Made by a program: the position numbers and the translations under genes
Notes under the pieces: model-generated
Told to the model about the DNA's origin: nothing
Databases searched by the model: none
The model's input: the letters and a program-made list of their open reading frames with translations, nothing else
Source: Mayamaea pseudoterrestris
Lineage: Eukaryota
Length of the DNA stretch: 53,252 nt
Assembly (NCBI GenBank): GCA_027923505.1
Contig: BROI01000020.1
Coordinates: forward strand, 620,001 to 673,252
Direction: 5' to 3'
In this document: positions 1 to 9,235 of the stretch, piece after piece
How positions within the stretch are numbered: the stretch's first letter is position 1
Layout of the letters: each line of letters begins with the position of its first letter

Positions 1-221
1 AACGACGCGCTAGTCTAAGCATTCATGTTGCATCAGTCCTCGCTAGCGCTGAGTAGCAACTCGATCAGGTAGTAGACTATTAACTGACTATCCACACTAT
101 TTACATCGTCGGCGAGCATTGTTCGCATCATTGTCGAGCCGATCGGGCTAGCATCCAAAATCGCTTCGACCAGCAGGCCACTACCAACTTGCTTGAGTCA
201 CTTCCATCATACTTATCGCTG

Positions 222-725
222 CTACTGCCCTCGCAGTGCTTGTCGTTGACGTCTCCTGGTTCTCGTCGAATGTTTTCGCTCATACTCATAGTACTCCTTC
301 AACTGCTCATCATACACTTGCGTTTCTCGTCGCAGCTGCTCCACCATGGCGCGCACCACCGTCAGTTGCGCTTTCGTTTGCCGCGTCTCCTCCAGTTGGT
401 CGTCCATTTCTTGACTCAAGCTTTGGACGCGCTGACGAACCATGTGCATGCGACGAAACACGTCATTGACCTTGTCGTACATGATTTGGAGACGAAGTGT
501 TGTCGTTGCAGCTTCTGGTGGTTGTAGTTGCTGGTGATGGTAACCGTTTGCTGATGCGATTGGTAGCGAGTAGCTCTGGACTGATACGGCAACCCCTTGG
601 AGCGTAATCTTTGGCTCGACTTGCTCTGATGGAGACGCTGTCGAAAGAACATTGGATGGAATCAAGTTCGGATCGTCGTCGTACCAATGGACGCGCTTCA
701 TTATTGATGGTTGAATACTTGACAT
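222..725 (-). CDS. Hypothetical protein with C-terminal coiled coil
   Basis: Open frame from ATG 725 (MSSIQPSIMKRVHW...). The C-terminal half is a charged heptad-like run (RQRVQSLSQEMDDQLEETRQTKAQLTVVRAMVEQLRRE). No recognised domain. Confidence 0.55.
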   Translation of the reverse strand: MSSIQPSIMKRVHWYDDDPNLIPSNVLSTASPSEQVEPKITLQGVAVSVQSYSLPIASANGYHHQQLQPPEAATTTLRLQIMYDKVNDVFRRMHMVRQRVQSLSQEMDDQLEETRQTKAQLTVVRAMVEQLRRETQVYDEQLKEYYEYERKHSTRTRRRQRQALRGQ

Positions 726-1148
726 TTCGATTCCCAAGAAGAATACCCGACGATTAGTTCAATTGGATGCTTTTTCAAACTATTCGAGTGTCCACTTGTT
801 GCTTTGGGAAGCAAAACGGCCTCATCCATCTTCACGGATCCGAGGCGTTGAAAAATGCGATGCGGCTTGCTTGTCGATCGAGCAAGCATGCCCTGTCACA
901 TACGGTGCCCTTGCGAGCCAGTCCTGTTGTATCCGTTGAACGTTCGAATCAGAATTTCTTCGACCGAAGAATGACGAGCGAACGGCCAATGAGCGTGTCG
1001 TATCGTTACAAGATTAGTCATTGTGACAACCTCGCGGAGTAATCACAATGACCCAGTCAATTTTGTGATCGTGTCAAAATCGATCGACTGACTGCTCTCG
1101 ACGATCAATCGATCGATCCGACACCAGTCGACAATTCCTACGGCAAGC

Positions 1149-3603
1149 ATGAAACATGCTGTGCTGCGGCTGGTCCTGCTGCTTTGTTCCGGGGCAACTT
1201 TACTTGCTGATGCAGCTCGAGATCCAAGAAAGCAGTCGGATGCAGTCGATGACGAGTCGGAAGTGCGAGTCGTTCCAAGCAGAAGCGCAATATTGACGAC
1301 ACAACGCTCCTCGTCGCTAGCAACTGACGATGGCGTTCATAATGGTCAATCGGCAGACGTATTGCCGTCATCGCAGATGCCTTCCAAGTTATCTGATCCA
1401 TTGTCTGATGAGCAGACTCGAATTATGCGGCAAAAAGTGAAGACACTGCCCGACGACAAGAAGCTTAATATTCTCATCATTACGATGGATCAGCTACGAT
1501 ATGACTACTTGCAGTTCATTCAAGAAAGTATGCCGATATATAAAGACAAACTGAAGGTGAAGACTCCCAATATTGATCGCCTCGCCAAGGAAGGGGTTTG
1601 GTTTCGAAATGCCTACGCCCAATTCTCCAGCTGCTCGCCAGCCCGAGCAACCCTACGGACCGGATGCACCATTGAACGACACGGAATTGACGGCAATCAA
1701 ATGCTTCCAAACTATATGAATGATCCGCTGGCCAAGCGCAAAGTTGACTCCGCTCGCACATATGACCAGCTGCTTTTCGAGCAAGGATATCAAGCGGAGA
1801 GTTACGGCAAGTTTCACCTTCCTGAACGATGGTACAGAAACACCAACGACACCCAAAATGCCATTATGTACAACTCGTATGATCTGGAAATGACGACGCC
1901 AATCTTTGTGGCCGAAACACGCAGTGTTGACGGGTATCGCAGTCAGGTTGAGTATTGGATTGCTCAAGACAATATCACACAAAGCCGCCAACCAGGCATG
2001 CAGAGAAACCCTCGATCCAAAAACTTGTACACACCATTAAAAATGGATCCACGCTATGGTCAGCCATATAGGAAAGCGACATCCAACGCTAACGTTTATG
2101 GCGTTGACTCTTTGCCAGCATTATACTCGCAAGCAACCTACACTGGGCTGCAAGGGCAGCTGGCCATGCAGAGACTGGCGCAGCAACCAAAGCCGTGGAT
2201 CTTAACTGTTTCTTTCGAGCCTCCACGTAAGTGATTATCGGGTGTCGTCTTGCGTGTATGCAAAGTGGTGAGTGTCTCACGACCTTCCGCCTCCATTGCT
2301 CACGTCGTCAGACCCTCCAAGGGTTGCGAGCGAAGAGTATGCCAGATACTACCTTGAAAATAAGGAACATATCCTTATTCCGCCAAACATTAACAACAAG
2401 TTTGACAATCCATGGTACCGAAAACAGCAAGAACAGTCTATGGCAGTGGGATTTCGAAACCCAAAACGACTCCAGGAGGCGTCTGCCATCTACATGGGAA
2501 TGATTGAGCAAGTGGACAACTGGATTGGCGTCTTGTTGGATGAGCTGGAAACTCAGGGTGTGGCCAATAATACACTCGTCGCCTTTACATCGGATCATGG
2601 CGAATTTCTGGGCGCTCACGGGTAAGTCACATATATGTCGACCGCAGACGATTGTGTTGCTTCTGCTAATTCCCGCCTTGTGCTGCTCATTTCTAGTATG
2701 GGTGGCAAAATGGGACTCATGGAGGAAGCGCTTCGAGTCCCGTTTATAATGAGACTGCCTGGTAAAATCAAGCAAGGTACAATTGTCGAAAGACCGGTCG
2801 GGGCTCATTTAAATCTTGTGGCTACCCTATTGGATTATGCAGGCTTGTCTAGCATAGACGTGAGTGACGGCACAAGCCTTCGTTCTTTGATAACTGGTAG
2901 GAGTTACAATGAGTTTTACGATGACGACTTTTGCGTTTCCGAAGACACGGAAGTTAGCGTGCTTGGTGAGTTTCCCAATTTTATGATTCGGCAAGGAGAC
3001 TGGAAGTTGCTAATTGCCAAGAAAGCGGACATCAATTCGCCAGACATGCTGTTCAATCTTGCGGATGATCCATATGAAATGGATAATTTGCTATCAAGAA
3101 GGTTTTTAAGTATGCAGGTGACTGGAAAGGTGGAGCATTTGAAGTGCTTACTCCTTGAGTGGATGAGCCGCAACGACGGCGGCGCCGCAAAGTACTACTC
3201 ATCCCCGCGGAACAACCATGGACAAGGTGACGGTGACATGCAAGAAGTGACACACCGGCGGTCTTGGAACGAGGTTCGCCAGTGGATCAGTGATTCCAAA
3301 CTCACGTTCAATCCTCCAGTCCTGGTGGATGGCGTTTGGCGGTCGAATGCATTCTTGTACATTGGACGGACAACTGGCGGTACATTGAGAGTCAAAAGCA
3401 TTTCATTGAGTGGCACTGGTCAGCAATATTTCTCGCTCAGTCAAACGAAAGGAATTGTCAAGATTAACGGGCATTTGCGCATCCAAGTTTCGTTTGCATC
3501 GGAAAGTCCCGTTGACCCGTCCACACTTGACGTAAGTATAGTCGTTAGCAGTAACGTTTCGACCCGGAAAGTGATAATTGTGCCATGGGCCGATCCAATA
3601 TAG
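1149..3603 (+). CDS. Secreted formylglycine-dependent (S1) sulfatase, copy 1; 3 exons (1149-2226, 2312-2621, 2697-3603)
   Basis: Signal peptide MKHAVLRLVLLLCSGATLLA. Sulfatase motifs NILIITMDQLR, TPNIDRLA, CSPAR (CxPxR), YGKFH, TSDHGE, LFNLADDPYEM. Removing GT-AG introns 2227-2311 and 2622-2696 restores FEPPHPP and GAHGMGGK in frame. Confidence 0.92.
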
Positions 3604-4312
3604 AATTGTTGCGCGTGTGTAGTAACAAAATTGTCTCTACCGTAGTTCGTTCGTTCGTTCGTTCTAGATGAACTGGTAGCCAGCGCGAGACTGGAAAAGC
3701 TCTTGGCATTTGCTGCATCCGCTACAGTACCTGGTGCAATGTCTCACCTGATTCGAATAGAAGCTAAAAAGCGTGCTAATAATCGCTCGTTAGCGGCTTG
3801 CACGAGATTGACGCTTACTATACTGGAACAAATTCATGGCAATCCCCGACGACTGTGACGACGTCGCATCGCATTCACGCACGCGCGCCATGCGCTTGGG
3901 ATCACTACGCAAGTGACTTGAGAGCAACATTGGTCTCTGACACTACAGTAGCGCTAGCGGAAATACCCTTCGCTTGATGAGACTATGTCAATAATGGCAA
4001 CCTTGCTCGAAGGTCAAATTGGCGAGTCGAATGCGTACGGTAGCTGCCGCGATCGCGTCGCAGCGCAACTGAAAATGAGTCATTTGAAAGTCATTTTGAC
4101 TTGATTCGCGAAGTATTCAAAATGACTGGCGCGAGCGTTTGGATCGTGCCAAATTCGACGCGTTTGACCCTTCATCAAACTTGTCCTTCTTCCAAAGCTT
4201 GCCGTCCATCAAGGTTGCAGCATTGACTTGATAGACTGCAGCTGCGCTAAAAGACTCGCCGAGCAACGTTTCGATTGAAAGTTAAAGCAGCTTCTCGTTC
4301 GCGCCTCTTGCC

Positions 4313-6777
4313 ATGAGGATTCAATTTTGCATCATTCGTCGCCGCAGTCACTTGCCGTTGGTTCTTCTGCTGCTCCTTTGCTTGCAGTCCAAGACTGACA
4401 GTCTACTTGGTGAGCTGGAGGAGACTCTATATGACAGCAATAATGCGAAATCAGACAAAGTCTCCGATGAGTTGACCTTGCAGCTGTCGAGGAGACGAGC
4501 CATGCAGAACATGCAATTCACGCGGTCCCCAAGTCGCTCCGCAAGAACAAGAAATCGATTCAATTCCAACATTGACATTGAGACTCCATCATTGTCGGAG
4601 ATTCCATCCGCTGGACCTTCGTTACCAAGTATCAATCACGTCAATCTACTCGTCATTACCGCCGATCAATTACGCTACGACGCCCTCGCCTTTATTCAAA
4701 ATCGCATGAGCATTTACAACTCGTCGCTCAAAGTCAAAACCCCCAACATTGATCGTCTGGCGTCGCAGGGAGTACACTTTGAGACGGCCTACTGCCAAAC
4801 CAGTAGTTGCGCGCCGGCGAGAGCCACGCTGCGGAGCGGCTGCACCATTGAACGCACCGGCGTGCAATCGAACGACAATGTTCGCGTCAAGCACTCGCCG
4901 GCATCATTCAAGTACGCGCAAGTACTTGCGGACAAGGTGGACGCCGTTCGCACCTACGACCAAGTGCTGCACGAGGCAGGCTACCAGGTGGAATCCTACG
5001 GCAAGTTTCACCTGCCGCAGCGATGGTACTACGATGTGAACAACACGCAGCGGGCCATTCGTTACGACACGTACTCGACCGACATGAAAACGCCCACCTT
5101 CACCGGCGCCATACTCACGGATCCATTGTACGTGGCGCAGCTGCTGGCGTGGCGCAACAATACTCCGGCGAAACGATCCGACCACGACGACGGCCAGTTG
5201 ACGAACCCGCGCTCGGGCTTTCCATACACACCCATTCGACTGGACCAAAACTATGGCAATCGCAAACCATCTGGACGTGACGACGACAAGGACGACTCCA
5301 ACTCGTTGGTCATGGGCGTGGACACGTTTCTGCCGCTGAATCAGTCGCTGGCCGCCTACACTGGCACGCTGGGTTTGCTGGCGCTGCAGCGACTCGCCGC
5401 GCAGCGTCAGCAACCATGGGCACTGACGGTGAGCTTTGAGAATCCGCATCCGCCCTATGTTGTTTCGGAGGCGTACGCGTCGTACTACTTGGAGCGGTCC
5501 AAGCAAATATTGGTGCCGCCGAGCAAGTATCAAGTGATTCAAAACAAGTATTACGCCAGTATGCAGCGCGCGTCGCGACTCAAGGGATTCACCGACACCA
5601 GGGCCGTGCAGGAGTGGACGGCGGTGTACTACGCCATGGTGGAGCAGGTGGATGTTTGGGTGGGGCGCATACTGGATGAATTGGAAGCGCAGGGGCTGGC
5701 GGAACATACGTTGGTGGTCTTGACGGCGGATCATGGCGAGTTTCTGGGAGCACATGGGTACGTTAATTGTAGTGTGTGTGAGTGGGAGCTGATTCTTTGA
5801 AAGTTGACTTTGAATCCTTACAATGTCATTTCTCTTCTTACAGACTCCAAGGAAAGTCCACGTTTTTGGAGGAGGCAACGCGCGTGCCGCTAATCATGCG
5901 CCTACCAGGCATCATTACCGAAGGAACCGTTGTTACGCGACCAGTCGCTCATTTGGATGTTTACTCGACGATTCTCGACTACTTGGAGCACTCGGAATAC
6001 GACAGTAGCGACGGCAACAGTCTACGCCCTGCCGTTACCGGAACAAGCCTTCGGGAATTGTATGAGGATGAGTTTGTCGTAGGCGAGATGGACACGCAAG
6101 ACGTCGCCGACAAGACAATCAGTGGGTTTCCAAACTTTATGGTGCGACATGGTGGATGGAAACTGATGATTGCCAAGTTTGTGGAAAGCAAATCGGAAGA
6201 CCTGCTGTTTAATGTTGCGGAGGATCCGTTTGAAATGAACAATTTGCTGTCGAAAAGGAAAAGTGACATGGAAGTGATTGGCAAGGCTGAGCATCTCAAG
6301 TGTCTACTCCGTGAGTGGATGGCACGTAACGATGGCGGTAACATGGGATACTACTCGCGTCCAAAGTATAACGGGAATGAAGGGCAAGGCGACATGGCAG
6401 AGATACGTCGGCGACGCTCCTGGGACGCTGTCGATCAGTGGATCAGTGATACCAAACTTTTCTTTAACCAACCAGTCTTTAGCGACAACAAGTGGCGGTC
6501 GAACGCCTGGCTGTACATTGGACGCACAACTCCAGGTGCACTAACAATTTTTGGCGTCAATGTGGTGGGTACTGGAAGTCAATTTTTTGAAGTCAGCCAA
6601 ACGAGTGGCAGGATCCGCCGCAATGGCTACATGCGTATCAAGATTTCTTTCGTCGCCGACGATCCTGTCAACTCCGACATGATTGGTGCTAGCATAGTTG
6701 TGGAGAGTAGCGCATACAGAAAGAGAATTGTCCGCATCGTTCCTTGGAATTGGCCAGGCAATATGCCCAATCCATAG
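4313..6777 (+). CDS. Secreted S1 sulfatase, copy 2 (tandem paralog); 2 exons (4313-5757, 5844-6777)
   Basis: Hydrophobic N-terminus; motifs NLLVITADQLR, TPNIDRLA, CAPAR, YGKFH, PHPPY, TADHGE, DPFEMNNL. Intron 5758-5843 (GTACGT...TACAG) restores GAHGLQGK. Collinear with copy 1. Confidence 0.92.
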
Positions 6778-8266
6778 AAGCAATCATCGAAAGCTCCGAG
6801 CTCTCTGCCATCCATAGAATTTCGCTTTCGGCCGACAACGTTCATACATTCGTTTCGTCACCGGCGTGTCAAGATGTTGGTAAACGCTGCAAAACTGAAT
6901 GTACACACCTCCTGCGCCTGCAGCATTAATTTAGAGCTAATTACGACGATTATATCGTTGACTACCTTGAGATTGACGTATTTTTTTTATTTGGAATCGC
7001 AGTCATCGGTGATAAACGTTGTCTTTGGATGCTTGTTGCGAACTAAAATGAGACGCAATTGAAACGCTGCCAAACGCATGATGCAGTAAAGTAGACGTGA
7101 ACACATGCTTGAGGACGAGGTAGCGAGATCCGATGCATGACCCGACTACCTGCTTGAAAATTAGCTCTGTGCGCATTATGTCTTGCATCTGAACAGTGAA
7201 TGAACGCGATGTCGCGCTGCTCCCGCTGGCTCAAGGCATTTGACTCCCCGTTGGTCTGTACTCCAAGCCCAGGACAAATCCAGCGGCTCTAGTCACACTT
7301 GAATCCTCGACATGGGTCAACCATCACCATTATAGCTACTAACCATCTCGAGCCATGCCTTCCAGACGGACATCGTCATTCCGCGATTGTGAAGATATAG
7401 CGATACGCAGTGCGTGCAAAACACCGAAAAAGTGGCTCTTGGCATCAAAGCAGGAAGAGCGCGGGCCAGCTTGTCACCCTCGTCGCTTTAAGCGAATGAT
7501 ACAGCAAAGAAGAGAGTCAAACTTGCGCAGTAACAGGAGCTTGAAAAGAAAATTGACGCGTCTCGCTCGATAAGCATCGCACTCGACAGTTTGCCGATGG
7601 AATCGAAGCGAACAGAATGTCGATGATACCTTCAACACCGTTGGAAAGCTCGCTTGTTCAAGCTGCGACGGAAAGGCATTGGCCAATCAGTTTGTTTGGA
7701 CAGTGCAGTTGCTAAAGCAAAGCGGAGTTTGGTTTGTAATCGCTTCGACGACGGCAGTATCGTGAATCGTTGAGTACAAGGTGCGACAAGCAGTTGGAAG
7801 TTGGAAATCGTTAGTCTTCCAGAACTACTGGCAGGGATATAGCTTACAAATCACAATGCATCTTCATCTCATGTCGAGAGACCTTAAATGTAGAGTGCAG
7901 CGAGGCCGCGTCGTTGATTGTCGGCAAGGAGAAACGCGTCGTCTGCTGCATCTGCGGCAGAAATGAAATGCGTGTCGCAGCGCAATCGAGGCGACGATTC
8001 TGGCGATCGGTTTCCGCCGCGCCAGCAATGGAAATTGAAACAAGCCGCATCCATGATCCCGGGCTCATTTATTATATTCGGCTCATCGATCTAGGTATGT
8101 TTGTGGTGCAGAAGACAATGTGACAATGACAATGGAAGCCATGGGTGACGCGAACCCGTCTCTTCGTCGCCAAGCGATGCGCTTGGATATCCATGCGAAT
8201 CCTGGGTAGTACGTCAAAATCCTCGCGCACAATGATTGCAAGCAAAGAACGCCTATAGCTATTACA

Positions 8267-9097
8267 ATGGTTGTCCGCAGTGGCTTTGAAGTGCAGCTTG
8301 TTAATGCCGTCTCCAAGGTTTCTTTCAAGGAGCATGACAAGGATGGCGAAACATACGTGGAGGTGGAACCGGATGTCGACTACTTCGTTGCGATTCGTCG
8401 GATCAACGCTGGGCCATTAATGGTGGCATATATCATCGTTGATGGGAACAACCTTGGCTATAAAATTTGTTATTTAGAGTATAAACAAGTGATTACGTCA
8501 GAGCCTGCTTACTGGTATACAGGAATCTGGAGTCGAATTGACGGCGAAGAGAAGAGGTCAGCGTTGCGTTTCGTCAAGCCAAATTGGACCAAGGAAGACA
8601 CGGGGTACAAAGAATTGACCGGTTATGTGGAAGTCGCTCTTTATGAAGGCGTTGCGAATGATGCCAAGTCGGTAGAACCAACTAATTGCATCTCTAAATT
8701 CAAGCCTAACCTGATGATGAAGGTAAATTTCGAATGTGAGTGTGCGTGTATGAGCAAGAAAAAATATCTATTGTCGGCACCTGGATCGACTACACCACCT
8801 GCTCCAGTTAAAAGTGGAGCAAAGGGAAACGAAAATGGTGGTACTTATTCCACCTCATACACTCCTGGAGCACTAATTGACCGAATCAAGTTGCATTATT
8901 GCACTGCTGTTGGATTAACAGAGGTCGGCATTCTTCCTAAACCACCTTTGTGGGAATATCAACGGCTGACTCATCCTGTTGCTTCCGGGCAGGAAAGGGC
9001 TCGGCATGATGTGATGCGTCATCCGAGTGTAAAAGACAAGTTGATTGAAGTTGTCGATATGACAGATGAGATGCTACCTCCGCTATTTACGTGGTAG
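8267..9097 (+). CDS. Hypothetical protein, probably beta-rich, resembling a family I recall from diatoms
   Basis: Uninterrupted 276-aa ATG ORF with protein-like composition (FEVQLV...FKEHDKDGETYVEVEPDVDYF...IKLHYCTAVGLTEVGILP). Function not recognisable. Confidence 0.75.
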   Translation: MVVRSGFEVQLVNAVSKVSFKEHDKDGETYVEVEPDVDYFVAIRRINAGPLMVAYIIVDGNNLGYKICYLEYKQVITSEPAYWYTGIWSRIDGEEKRSALRFVKPNWTKEDTGYKELTGYVEVALYEGVANDAKSVEPTNCISKFKPNLMMKVNFECECACMSKKKYLLSAPGSTTPPAPVKSGAKGNENGGTYSTSYTPGALIDRIKLHYCTAVGLTEVGILPKPPLWEYQRLTHPVASGQERARHDVMRHPSVKDKLIEVVDMTDEMLPPLFTW

Positions 9098-9235
9098 GCG
9101 AATTCTGCGGATGCAAACTGCCTGCCTTAACGTCTCTTCGCATAAAATATAAATATGATACTATTTTGTAATGGTATGTTTAACGCAAATCTGGTTGCAC
9201 GTCAATTGATTCATCGCAAAGGAACACTTCGCGAA

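Noticed and set aside
4904..5878. 324-aa minus-strand ORF, and similar antisense ORFs such as 15831-16547 and 2308-2808
   Set aside because: Antisense shadows of well-supported genes, with no motifs of their own.
6800..8260. Short ORFs between sulfatase 2 and the 8267 gene (e.g. 7355-7573)
   Set aside because: All under 90 aa, with no recognisable motifs and no convincing splice path.
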